A stretch of 64,000 nucleotides of DNA from NCBI GenBank assembly GCA_951406725.2, contig OX597817.1, positions 104,904,001 through 104,968,000 on the forward strand, given 5' to 3'. The stretch comes from Octopus vulgaris. Taxonomy: Eukaryota. Under the pieces are notes generated by a model, which was given only the letters and a program-made list of their open reading frames with translations, searched no databases and was not told the origin of the DNA. Shown piece by piece: positions 1 to 12,264 of this stretch; position 1 is the stretch's first letter; every line of letters starts with the position of its first letter. Position numbers and translations under genes: made by a program.

Positions 1-800
1 CATACTTATATAGCAATCCCTTTAACCTATACATTCACACACAAATACACACACGTAAACCACACACCCATAACAAATACAAACACACACCCACAAGTAC
101 ATATAAGCCTCAACATATACACCAAACAAAATTACTTTACCAAGGAACTTAACATATGTATAAAAAGTATAACCGCTCTGGTTAAAATAATGAATGGAGA
201 AATGGAATAAATGGAATTAAAAATAATATTCACGTGGCAAAACGAACACCACTCAAAAATTATGAATGAAACAATGTAATAAAACAACCAACATCGAAAA
301 TAGACAAATTACCACGAATTCCCTAAAAAAAAAAAAAAAACCATGATAAACCAAAACTCTTAAAAACATATAACGATAAAATCTCCCTTTGCTAAACTCT
401 ATAACAAACCTATATAGCAATCCCCCTAACCTAAACATTCACACACAAATACACACACGTAAACCACAGACCCACGACTTATACAAATACCCACCTCACT
501 CACACATACCTATACTAACTTATAAACCTCAATATACACCAAAAACCCACTCCCTCCCCACACAGACAAATTAACACATACATCCCAAAACCTAAATAAC
601 AAACCCATATACACATTCACACACAAACACACACACACGCAAAACACACACACACAACAGATACATATACTCCCTCACATATACGCATATACATACTCAC
701 TAAACTCGATATATACAACAATATTTACACACCCACACTCATACAGATAAATAAATTATACAACTAAAAACTCACACACAATCTCATATACATAAACACT
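1..800. repeat. CA-rich degenerate tandem repeat, period about 400 bp
   Basis: TATATAGCAATCCCyyTAACCTAwACATTCACACACAAATACACACACGTAAACCACA occurs at ~8 and ~411, with a weaker third copy near 605. Confidence 0.6.
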
Positions 801-976
801 CCAATGAAAAACAACATTAAATACATCGTAATTAACCAGAATATCAAAAATAACAATATGACATAAGGAGAAATAAAATACATACTTACAAGTCAGTTTC
901 AAATTATGAAGTGAAATTAAATTCTTAGCCGTTAAAAAAATCAAACCAAAATTACGTTACCATAGAAATATAACTT

Positions 977-979
977 ATG

Positions 980-1011
<32 letters not shown>

Positions 1012-1032
1012 TACATACATATATATATATAC

Positions 1033-1087
<55 letters not shown>
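977..1087. repeat. (TA)n microsatellite
   Basis: Direct inspection; abuts the Helitron 3' end. Confidence 0.95.
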
Positions 1088-1088
<1 letters not shown>

Positions 1089-1432
1089 TAGCAGTATCGC
1101 CCGGCGTTGCTCGAGTTTGTAAGGGAAATAACTATAAAGCATTTTTAGAGAGTTATAGCCAAAAAATAGAAAAAACTGGAAAAAAATTATGGTAAATTTT
1201 TTTTTGAGAGTTAAAGACAGTCTGTGGTTTGTGTTTCTGATTCTCGACCCCATGTCGAATTTATCGATTTTTTTCAGAACTGGGGGAACTTTTCAAAATT
1301 TTCGCTGCGTTAGTTTTGAATTATGACATTGGGCTATGTGTGTGTCAAGTTTCATCAGAATCGGTTGAAAGCCGTGGTTAGGGTGAGGGTACAACCTGAC
1401 AGACACACAGAAACACACACAGACAAACTGCC

Positions 1433-1445
<13 letters not shown>
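1088..1445 (-). mobile_element. Non-autonomous Helitron, copy 1
   Basis: Minus strand ends with a GC-rich hairpin (CTCGAGCAACGCCGGG), about 10 nt, then CTAG|T, the Helitron 3' signature. It shares its terminal ~100 bp with 4624-5259. The 5' end runs into a (TA)n tract. Confidence 0.75.
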
Positions 1446-1488
<43 letters not shown>

Positions 1489-1526
1489 TGTTGTATTTCG
1501 GAATGGTCATTTTGCCAGTTTAGCCA

Positions 1527-1561
<35 letters not shown>

Positions 1562-1620
1562 TATGTATATATACACATATGTATATATATATATATATAG
1601 ATATAGATATATGTATATAG
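1434..1620. repeat. (TA)n/(CA)n microsatellite cluster
   Basis: Direct inspection. Confidence 0.9.
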
Positions 1621-1833
1621 GTATGAATTAGAGGTGTTGAAAGTCTCTAAGGGATGGTTAAATCCAAAGGTGCTCCTGGTGATGACCTGCGTAGGTACAC
1701 TCCTAGGTAAAAGGTATACAGTAGCAGGTAATTCAGCGGGTAAACTGTAGTTTAAATGATATGCAAGAAGAAAATGGAGGAAAAGTAACAGGAAGAAGTT
1801 GGCTGTTTGCACTAGTAAGCCATTAATTTAAGC

Positions 1834-2267
1834 ACAGTGATCCCTCGTTTATCGCGGTAGATTGGTTCCAAGACCGGCCATGATAACTGAATTTCCGTGA
1901 AGCAGGGACACTATATTTACAGTATTTATTTAACATGTATTTGGACTTTTAAAACCCTCCCATTACAGTAGTGTATTAAAACCCACCCATTACAGTAGTG
2001 TATTAATAACAAGGACAACTGTTAAGCAATAACACTTTAGATTTAAAAAAATAAAGATTGTTACTGTACTCAACATGAAAGAAGTTGAAGTAAAATTTGA
2101 ATGATGATGAATTTGCTGCAGAGTAGAAATGATGATGATGAAGCTGACAGCGGTGCCCTTTCCTGGACACCTCTTCCACTTCTTCCGAAGGTGCAACTGT
2201 AGTAGTAGCAGCAGGAACTGGCTCTTTTTTGAGAGGCTTGTTTTGTTGTTCCAAGACTAGGAAATAA
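1834..2267 (-). mobile_element. Tigger/pogo-like transposon terminal fragment
   Basis: CAGTGATCCCTCGTTTATCGCGG resembles Tigger-type TIRs. The adjacent minus-strand acidic peptide KKEPVPAATTTVAPSEEVEE resembles a transposase tail. Truncated at the Penelope junction. Confidence 0.5.
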
Positions 2268-4445
2268 TCACACCGTCTATTTGTAGAGTTGTAAGAAGTT
2301 GTTTTTGTGAGTATGCGCCATTCTAATCTATAGTCTATTTTTTTTTTGTCCTTAAGCTCCCAGATATAGCTACTAAGCCCTGTTGAATTTGCCTTACTCC
2401 TATTTCTGAAGCTAGATTGGTGTGCATTGTACCTAAGTATCATTTGGTTTTTCGTGGCTCCTATATAGGATTTTATATGGCTATTTGTGTGTACGTCACA
2501 TTAGGTAAACTACGTTTTTAGTCTTACATCTATTAGAGAATTGGCACTTACTTCTATCCCTGCAGCCACATAAATTATTAGGTATATCTGTGTTCATGTT
2601 GTGTTGTGGAGGGGGGTTCTATTACTACTCTGGTCTTTGTCTATGTTACTAGGAGGCACTTCATTAGTAGTGGGATTTGTTCTATTAGTCTGTTGGTTGT
2701 TACTTTTATTGTTCCTAATTTTCCTAGCTTCATAGAATGTGTCTCATTTTTTATTATTAATCGAGGCTATGATGGTAGCTAAGTTACTAGTCAGGCTGTG
2801 GCCTACTCTAATTTTATTCCTAAATATTAGTGCATATTTATTATTTACGTTTAAGTGTTTAGTTTCATTAATGAGCAAACTATGTTGGATTTAAGGTGCA
2901 TGGTGAAAGGCATTATGAGCCAGATCTTATCACTATTACATTTATTATTAGTATTGCTATGTCTGGTATAGAAACCACCCTCATTGTTTGCAAGGCATGT
3001 GAAATTATAGTTATGGCTATCGAGTTTATTTCTATAGTTTGGTTTATCTTTACTATTCTTGTCTGTTTTATTGGGCTGATTTTTGTATGGTTTATGTGGA
3101 CTCAATAACCTGGTGTTAGGGTTTTTAACAGGGTTTATCCTTGTTCTTTGGGGCTCTTTATTTTTATTCTTATTGATGTGTAGGTTTATATTATTCTTAT
3201 TATAGCTATTATTATTTTCAACTTATTTTTGTAATTCGTGTTATTAGTCTTGTTAATGTTGTTAATTTTATTGATTATCACATTGTTGGTATTCATGTTG
3301 TAGTTGTTTGTAATATTATTGGTGATTTGTGTATGGGACTTAACATTGTTTCTATTATTTTTGTTGAGCTTCTCTATGCTGTTCTTGTTGCTGATATAGT
3401 TTGTAGTGATGTTTGGTGTGTGATTAGTGTTAATGGTATTATCGTGTGGATTTCTGTTATGTAGGATATTTGTATAGTGACTGGGGTCTAGGTATTTAAT
3501 TTTTTGTTTAAATCCTGCTTTAGCTAGTGCGATATTATAGATTTCCTTATGCTTATTAAAAATATGTTGGTTGGAAGAGAGGTGTGATATTCTATTGCTA
3601 ATGCTCTGTACTGAACCTCTCTTAATAAAGTTCTGATGGTTACTGGATGCATTTATGTATTTGAGGTTAGTGTTGGGTTTTATATAGGGTTCGTAGACTC
3701 CTGTGTCTAAGTTGCAGTTTGCACCTAAGTAGTTAATGGATTTGTGTTCCTTTTCTATAGAAATAGATAGTCCAGATCTTTTAAAGAATTTGTGTAGTTT
3801 TTTTCTTGATAAGCTCTAGTTTCCTATTTGAGGATATATTTATTATGAAAAGCATGTCTTCCCTGTATAATCCACCCTTGAGTTCTGGGAATTCTTCCTG
3901 TAGGTATGATAGCATATAAATGCCCACCAGGTCAGTTACCTGTGCTGAATCTGGGGCTCCCATGGTGATATCAAAAGAGTTAGGGGTGTCCTTTCATACC
4001 CAAAGTTTATTATCAAAGCTTATAACTGATTTCCTCACTTCTAGTATTACTTTTATTTCCTTCATAGTTAAATGTGTGTGATTTTTGGCGAATATTAGGG
4101 TGCTATTTAGGATCGTAGATTTTAATTGAGGAGTAGTAATCTACTATGTTTATCTGTATAAATTTGATATCCTCATGTTCTGTAAATTGGAGAACCAGTT
4201 TGGGGTTTCATAAGTGTTGGATCATAATTCTAGGGCTATTCTACTTTTTAACTTGGAGATGTATTTCTCGAGTATTAGTTTACTTAATTTACATAGGTCT
4301 GATTTATTTGGGCATATTAATCTTACTTTAGTATCGGTTTAGAAATTGGGTTTATGGTCTTTTTGTGTGATGAGAGGTCTGGATAGCATGAAGGGTTCAC
4401 TTTTGTCCTCTAAGTAGTAGTCTATCATAATGTCCTTGGCTGCTA
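2268..4445 (-). mobile_element. Degenerate Penelope-like retroelement (RT + GIY-YIG endonuclease)
   Basis: RT motifs ITMGAPDSAQVTDLVGIY and GGLYREDML (YRDD degenerate) at 3781-3963, and YINASSNH near 3640. GIY-YIG C-terminal part RYNAHQSSFRN..STGLSSYIWELKD..EWRIL..RRC at 2270-2443. Many stops and frameshifts. Confidence 0.85.
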
Positions 4446-4475
4446 AGTTCATAGATCTTAAGGTGGTATACAAAA

Positions 4476-4622
4476 ATATATATATATATATATATATAAT
4501 ATATATACACACATATACATAAATATGTATGTATATATATATATATATAATATATATACACACATATACATAAATATGTATGTATATATATATATATAAT
4601 ATATATACACACATATACATAA
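4476..4622. repeat. Compound minisatellite: (TA)n + CACACATATACATAAATATGTATG, about 3 units
   Basis: Direct inspection. Confidence 0.9.
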
Positions 4623-4623
4623 A

Positions 4624-5259
4624 CTAGCAGTATCGCCCGGCGTTGCTCGGGTTTGTAAGGGAAATAACTATATAAGCATTTTTAGAGAGTTATAGCCAAA
4701 AAATAGCAAAAAATGCATTAAAAATGGAAAAAATATGATGGTAAATTTTTTGAAAAATCGTTGACTCATCGTAGACATTTTTAGAGAGTTACTTCCCTTA
4801 TATAATAGCGAAAAAATGCATTAAAATGGGAAAAAAACGATGGTAATTTTTTTTTAAATCGTAGACTCATGTAGACGCTTTCTTAGCCATTTCTGTTTTG
4901 GTGTCTTCAAGCCATGAAGTCGTTGTTCTAAAAGAACGCTGGTCTCCTTGACAACGCATTACGACGTTGATTTCCTTACACTCCCTTCCCCACAGGTGCA
5001 GGTGTGAGCGTGGATGCCAACTCCGCCGCCATCGACACACGAAAAATTATGCATTAAAATGGAATGAAAAATGATGTTAAATTATTTTTTAAATCGTAGA
5101 CTCATCGTAGACGCGCGCTAATACTCAGACGGGCTCGATATGAATCACGACTATAAGCTACCCGAATTTGGTTAAACTGCACCGCAAAATGTGGGAGTAG
5201 TTAGGAATCTAAATCGAAGGGGACAGACACTCACACAACTACAGTTTTATATATATAGA
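4624..5259 (-). mobile_element. Non-autonomous Helitron, copy 2 (both termini present)
   Basis: Minus strand starts A|TCTATATATATAAAA (TC at 5259-5258) and ends with hairpin CCCG-AGCAACGC-CGGG ... CTAG|T at 4624. It is inserted between A and T with no TSD. Confidence 0.85.
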
Positions 5260-5267
5260 TATACATA

Positions 5268-5712
5268 GCGCAGTAGTGGTGAGATGTGACAGCAAAGAAA
5301 AGCATACATTCACTCTCTGCATGCAATTAGACTCGGAAAGTTCGTGAGGAACCCATTGACCCAATTTGCTGACTTTTCCGATAGCACACAGGTCTCAATG
5401 AATGGTTGAATGACCAAATCCAAGCTTCTCTGCTAGTTCCTCAACAGTTACGATGATATTTTGTTCCACCAGGGTTTTCAGGATGTCCTTGTCGAGTTCT
5501 ACAGATCTTTCAGGATGAGGCTCGTCTTCTAGGCTGTTCCAATATAGCTTTGAAAAAAATAGCTGTTAAAATCGAAATGCACTCTTCAAAACTTGCACTA
5601 TGAATAAGCACAAGATAAAATTACTACCTGCTTTTATAGCAAGTTAATATAAGTAGTTTATCCCATTCCCCTCTGACTTTTAGTTGAAGCTGTTGAAAAA
5701 ACCGCATTATTA
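5268..5712 (-). mobile_element. Mariner transposon 5' remnant
   Basis: Minus-strand translation SLEDEPHPERSVELDKDILKTLVEQ..VEELAEKLG..IGKVSKLGQWVPHELS includes the mariner WVPHEL motif. Confidence 0.85.
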
Positions 5713-6335
5713 TATATATATACATACATACATACATACATATACACACACACTCTCTCTCTCACACACATGCACACATTTATATTCTGTTATTCTTTTA
5801 TATGTTTCAGCCTTGAGGTTGTGGCCATGCTGGATCATGTGTGTGTGTGTGTGTGTGTCTATCTGTCTGTCTGTCTGTGTGTATATATGTATATGTATGT
5901 GTGTGAACAATAATATTTTCAACAGATGTGTTGCAAATGTATCTGATTGTTCTCAAGCTTCAAATTTACTCTCTTCCAAGAACATTTTCACTCACTCTTA
6001 TTTGTTAGCTTCCCATACATTTTACTCATGTATCTATCAGCGTGATAGACAGAAACAAATATTACATCTAGTTTCACTTTATTTGTTACACAGTGTGTGT
6101 GTGCGTTTGCGTGTGGTGTAAACCAGACTAAGAAAAGCATTTGACACACACACCAGAATGTGAGTTTTCTGTAAATTTTGCTTAATTGGAGTTTAAATTT
6201 TAAAAACTGGACCTGGCATGACGTGATGCATTGTACTCTTAAAACTGCTAGGTAAATTGTAATTGAAGAAATCCTATATTGTAGATTTGTATAACTCCCA
6301 AAGGGAGGCAGATAAAATCTGCCTTTTATAATAAG

Positions 6336-6368
<33 letters not shown>

Positions 6369-6376
6369 TAAATATG

Positions 6377-6427
<51 letters not shown>

Positions 6428-6488
6428 GCATATACATAAATATGTATGTATATATATATATATATATACACGCATATACATAAATATG

Positions 6489-6529
<41 letters not shown>

Positions 6530-6572
6530 GCATATACATAAATATGTATGTATATATATATATATATATATA
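6336..6572. repeat. Compound minisatellite: (TA)n + CACGCATATACATAAATATGTATG, about 4 units
   Basis: Direct inspection; same unit as 4476-4622. Confidence 0.9.
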
Positions 6573-6661
6573 TAGCCTGGTGCAGCCTCCTGGCTTCAGA
6601 GATCCCGGTCGAACCGTCCAACCCACGCTAACATGGAAAACAGATGTTAAATGATGATGAT
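6573..6661 (+). mobile_element. SINE 3' fragment with (GAT)n tail
   Basis: AACCGTCCAACCCACGCTAACATGGAAAACAGATGTTAAATGATGATGA matches the family at 18610-18785, 20505-20660 and 63395-63600. Confidence 0.75.
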
Positions 6662-6690
6662 ATATATACACACATATATATATATGCATG

Positions 6691-6726
<36 letters not shown>

Positions 6727-6851
6727 TCTATATATACACATGTATATGTATATATATACATATATATATATATACACATGTATATATATATATATACACA
6801 TATATATACATATATGTGTGTGTGTGTGTATATGTGTATGTATATATGTAT

Positions 6852-8291
6852 ATTGATCCATGGTTATGCTTTTTGCAAAAATGGGAGAAATTCCCATTTC
6901 CATATAAAATATGAAGACTAGTATCTACATGATATGCATATATATATATAACTGAAGCTTAAATTTTAGACTTCATGTGAATTTTAAAAATTCTTCTCAG
7001 ATGCAAATTTTGACACCTGAATGCAGGTCAATTAAATCAACCTCATTACTTGACTGGTACTTTATTTTATCAACTCATGTATTTTGTAAGCATAGCTGAC
7101 CTCAGATATAAAATAATAATTAGCAATCTTTCAAACTTGGCACATATAATATCATGGACAAAGTGAAGCCTGTACTGATTGAAAGTCAAAAGTAAACAAA
7201 GGTAGGATCCAGTTTTTTTCATTTGCAAAATATGCATTTTTTAAAAGGAAGTAAAATATCTGAAAATTGGCTTTGAAGCTATGATGTTGTGGAGAAAAAA
7301 GTTAGAGGTTTAAAAATAAAAAAAAACTGAGTATTTTTAGCTAATAGTGAGACAAATTTTCTGCATTTAGCAGTGTCAACTTTAAGGTTTTACCCTGTAA
7401 AATTTATAGTTTAGTGTCTGACCTTTTCATTGTAGTTTTCTAAAAACCAGAAATACCTAATTTCATTTTAGGTTTCTAAATAAACAGAAATACCTAATAA
7501 AATCAACATGTATTATCTTACTGTTTCTTTTGTCTCTTCATTGATTGTATTTTTATCATTTAAAAAAAAATTTGTTATATTAATATATTTGTCTGCATAT
7601 GTTTACTTTATGCATATTTCAGTATTATGTATACCTGTCATGTATTTGTGTACATCATTAATGTGTGTGTGAGTGAAAATGGGGCAGAGTAAATGGGTAT
7701 ACACGCACACTTCCACACACAAACATACTCACACACGTGCACTCCCTATGAGAAAGTGAAAGCTAACAGTTTGGTTGAGAAAAATGGAACTAAAAAAAAT
7801 TACGGTCCTGATAGAAAATGTGTACAGCGGGGCATCCATATACAAATGGTTATCTGTACGAACAAATTGAATAACAAACTTTTTTTCCTGAAGAAATTTA
7901 AACTCACTTAATGTACTGAAATTTGAGCAATAAACAACTAGCAGACTATGAACACACATAAGTAGCTGGGAGCCCATTTGCTTAGCAAGTTGAGGTTTGA
8001 GCAACAAACCATGAGCAAACAACATGCTGGGAGAATGTATACAAACAGTAGACTAAATGAACAAATTGAGTAGTGTGAGGATCTTATAGAGAACATTGTA
8101 TTCAGCCAGTGAGCTGAAATATGAACAATGAACCATGAGTAGACTATGCATGCATATAAAGTGGCCCAAAGCACATGTACAGTTAGGTTGTTAACATCCA
8201 TATATGCATATCATGTAATTACTAGTTTTCATATTTTATATAGAAATGGGAATTTCTCACATTTTTGCAAAAAGCATAACCATGGATCAAT
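6852..8291. repeat. Pair of ~92-bp inverted repeats (6852-6943 and 8200-8291)
   Basis: ATTGATCCATGGTTATGCTTTTTGCAAAAATG... and its reverse complement. The ORF track shows the same peptide [20 protein letters not shown] on opposite strands. Confidence 0.9.
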
Positions 8292-8594
8292 TGAAGCAAG
8301 CAAAAGAGAAACACACACACACATTATCATTTTACATCCACTTTCCATGCTGACATGGGTTGGATGGTGGACATATATATATGTGTGTGTGTATGTATAT
8401 ATCTGTATACCATGCCCCAACAAGGCTGGAATTCTTGAGCTGAACCTAATTGAAGTTATGCTAAAATGTGGTGCATGGTACCAGAATTTTTTACTCAAGT
8501 CACATGTAACAAACTACACCAAATCATTGCTAGAGTATCTGCATAAGTGAAGTCAAGACCAGCTAGTTTGTACTGGCATAGAGTTGTATAAATT

Positions 8595-8779
8595 GTAATA
8601 ATGAAGTCAAACCAAATAGTGATATTTTGAAATCATTTAATATGTATGTTTCACATTTTGAAATGCTTTACCCGAGGAAAGTTTATGTAATGGATGCACT
8701 TATTTTATATTATGCAAACCTGAAACATGCATACTAAATGATTTCAAAATATCACTATTTGGTTTGACTTTATTATTAC
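8595..8779. repeat. Inverted repeat, ~60-bp arms, ~65-bp spacer
   Basis: GTAATAATGAAGTCAAACCAAATAGTGATATTTTGAAATCATTTA pairs with TAAATGATTTCAAAATATCACTATTTGGTTTGACTTTATTATTAC. Confidence 0.9.
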
Positions 8780-10729
8780 TATATATGTGAGTGTGTATAT
8801 ATATATATATAATGTATGTGTATATGTATGCATGTATATACATCATAATTATTTAATGTCTGTTTTCCATGCTGGCATGGCATGGTTTCTATGACTGGAT
8901 GCCCTTCCTAATGCCAACCAGTTTACAGAGTGTACTGGGTGCTTTCACACAGTACACTCAGTACCGGTGCTTTTTATGAGGCACTTGCATCCATAATCCC
9001 ACAAGATTAGGAATGCTCAGCTGGAGAGGGATGCAGGGGACAAGCCTGTATGTAAGGACAACCACACTTTTATTTAGCTTGGTGTATTTTCTCAAGCACA
9101 GTAAACTGCAAGGAGTCTTGGTCCCCTGTCATCCCCTCTGTGAGTCCCAAAGTCTGTAGATCCTTTCTCGCAAAATGCAAAAATATAGATGAAAATATAT
9201 ATTGCAGGAAATTTGGAATAGTTTGATATGTCAAAAGTTCATAACAGTTCAAATTTAGATATGTACACTCCAGGATAATGTTGAAAAGAAGTCAATAGTG
9301 TTGATGAAATGTAGTTTGGTAATTAGATCAATAGTGTCACTAGTAAAACCTTGGAATTGATAGAAAAGAGGTGCACAAGTAGTTCTTTACAGCTGTTTCT
9401 AGAATTGTTGTATAATTGATATGTACTACATCACTGAAATTTAATGGCACCCTATTTCATTTTCAGAAGAATGATGGTTAGAGTTACAGTGGAAGAAGGA
9501 AGTATAAAATAAAGGCAGATAAATGTCTAGTCTTAATATACATATATATTTATGTATTTGCTATTGATAGACAAATATAACATAGTTTCATACCTTTATG
9601 TTGAATCTGGGTGTGGCTCAGAATGGACTACCCCTATTCATATGTATTTCAATTACTCATCTAACAAATAATTTTGTTAATGAACAGGACTCTAGAATGG
9701 ACTATGTTTGTATACAGAGACCCTGTTGCACAAAAAAACTGTTTCACTTTCATGAAAATGCAACTGATATTGAAAACTTAAGAATTGTTAAGAAATAATT
9801 ATTGATACTTGGTAAAAATAAAGCACCAGCATTAATAGTATAAGACTGGAAAGTAAAAAGAAAAAAAAAACTATGAAATCAACTTTGGTATACAACACAA
9901 GTGCTTTCATGCTCATAATTATACATACCACATACTGTAAAGTACTAAAGTAAGAACCTTGTACCATTCCATAGCCTTGGGTTAAACAATACTTCCTAAA
10001 CAAAATTTGGTACATGGAAACTGTGCAAAAGCCCGTCTTCACATAAGTCTTGTAAATCTCAATTTTAATTCTGTATTGAGTACTTTCCCTCTTATATTTG
10101 TATACACTCAGATACACACGTACACGTACGTTTATATCAGCATAGAATTAGAACCAAATGTATTCAGATAGAAACACCTTAGGTATTATTTTTCCGGCGG
10201 AATTATCTCCCTTTGGTTCATTGATCACTGTATTTTGCATTCAAAGGGTAGGTCAATAATAGCAAGCAAACTTGGAAGTATTATGCGTTGAACTATTGCA
10301 GTATATAGTTTTTACTTTTTGTTTTGCATGTTTTCTACAATTTTAAACTTCAATTTTTGTTTTTGGTGAGATCATTCTTCTTTTTTGATATTCAAGAACC
10401 TTCTTATTAATCTTGCAACACAAATTGATAACTGTAATTCTTATTAATCCCTTCACATATAATTTATAATAATAATAAGAAGAAGAATGAAATTATTGTG
10501 TACAGTACTCTGGTGTTAGGAATATATTTGTAAAACCCAAGGGTGTGTTTTATGGTGGTGAAAATTCTACTGCATACTACGCTGGTGTCATAAGGCTAAC
10601 AGTCTTAGTATTTTTTAAGCAGATCATTTCTTCAAACTTATTCCTGTGAAATATGTATAAATTAGGAATGTGTTATTCAACCCTTTCATGACTGTATTTC
10701 CATTGAAATATGCTTCCTGTAGATCACCT

Positions 10730-11100
10730 CCCAACTACACGGTTTCAGGTTCAGTCCCACTGTGTGGTACATTGGGCATATTTTCTACTATAGCTCTGGC
10801 CCGAAGAAATCCTTGTTAGTGGATTTGGGAGATGGAAGCTGAAAGAAGCTTATATATATATATCTGTCTGTCATCATTATTTGAGGTCCATTTTTCAGGC
10901 TGGATGATTTGACCAGAGCTGGCAAGTTGGAGAACTGCCCCAGCTTCTAGTCTGATTTGGCTTGGTTTCTATGGCTGGATGCCCTTCCTAATGCCAACCA
11001 CTTTACAGTATGTGCTGGGTGCTTTTAACATGACACTGTACAAGCACTTTTACATGGCACCAGCATGAGTGTTTTTATGTGGTACCAATATAGGACTCTT
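10730..11100. mobile_element. Adjacent SINE fragments (tRNA-derived head on +, second family on -)
   Basis: GGTTCAGTCCCAC B-box-like motif plus the shared GTGGATTTGG..GAAAGAAG body, followed by the GGCTGGATGCCCTTCCTAATGCCAACCA family. Confidence 0.7.
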
Positions 11101-11149
11101 GTAGGTCAATCTTCTTCACCAGGGGGAGTGGCCTTAACACTTCTCCTGT

Positions 11150-11470
11150 GGAATACAGGTCTTCTTGAGTATAGCAAGGTGCCAGGTTTCTCAGTCTTTT
11201 GTCATCTCATCTGAAAGGTTCAGCATCCTGAGGTCATCCTTCAGTACTTCATCCCATGTCTTCCTGTATCTCCTTCTTCCATAAGTTCCATTTACTTTGA
11301 GAGATCAGCATTTCTGAATGGAGCTGTAGGCATCCGTCTTCATACCATGACCAAACCAGTCCCGTTTTCTTTCTTGCATACTGCATCTAATTCCTTATGC
11401 CTAACTTCTCTCTCAATATACTAGCACTCTGTTGGACATATGCACTTACATTACACATCCAGTGGAGCAT
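11150..11470 (-). mobile_element. RTE-clade LINE 3' fragment
   Basis: Minus-strand translation LREKLGIR..DWFGHGM..GRRRYRKTWDEVLKDDLRML is typical of the RTE ORF C-terminus. Confidence 0.7.
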
Positions 11471-12264
11471 ACTAGTTATGCATGTGCATATATATATGTG
11501 TGTACATGCATGCATGTGTGTGAGTGTGTCTGTCTCCTTGTCTTGACATCATGGGATAGTTGTAAACAAGTATCACCATCATACAAGCAGAATCCCTCAT
11601 TTTCAGTTATCTTTGAGAACAGGTGAGGGTTGGCAATAGGAAGGGTATCAATGATGATGATGAATCAAAAATTATAAGATTTAGAGAAATAACTACCATA
11701 TTTTCCAGTATACATGTCGAAGTTTTTGAACCAAAATTTACAGCCAAAAAATAAGAAAAAAGTTGGTCAACTAATACACAGAGTCAACTTTGGATGACCA
11801 AATAAATAGTCAGTGTGAAATGCAGAGGATTTGGAAAGATAGGGACAATTTTTTTAATGTTTATACTACACGTCTATACTATATGCCATGCTGAATGTAT
11901 ACTAGGAAATATGGTTACTACACTCATTATTATGTTCCAAGCTGTTGTTTGAAACATAACTTAAGCACGTGAAAACACATTTCTTGTCACTGAAATACTT
12001 TACTGTGTACAGAATTATAGATTGAATGGTGATTTTAATAAGTTTGTTCTAGGAACTCTATATCAAAATGTGAGAAACTTAGAATAGATGTTTCTGACTA
12101 AGTAAAGAAACTGTTGATATATTTAAAGCTAAGTATGACTGATTATGACATGCGATTAAGATAAGATAAACTGAGAGAATAATCTAAAGAAATAATTGAG
12201 GACAATAAGTTATTGATATCCAGTGTTCTCAATTTGTAAGAAAATAACCAGAATATACATTATC

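Noticed and set aside
2003-2443. 146-aa ORF as a novel gene
   Set aside because: It is an accidental in-frame junction of a Penelope endonuclease fragment and a Tigger-like fragment.
4476-6572. Repeat-spacer arrays as CRISPR-like
   Set aside because: The spacers are simple (TA)n, the context is eukaryotic and there are no cas genes.
975-6921. Many ORFs rich in [12 protein letters not shown] (also at 63166-63456)
   Set aside because: They are translations of (TA)n/(CA)n microsatellites, which lack stop codons.
7124-9510. Possible plus-strand exons (QSFKLGTYNIMDKVKPVLIESQK* near 7125; ttttcag|AAGAATG.. near 9467)
   Set aside because: Short, with weak splice context, no recognisable homology and no consistent gene model.
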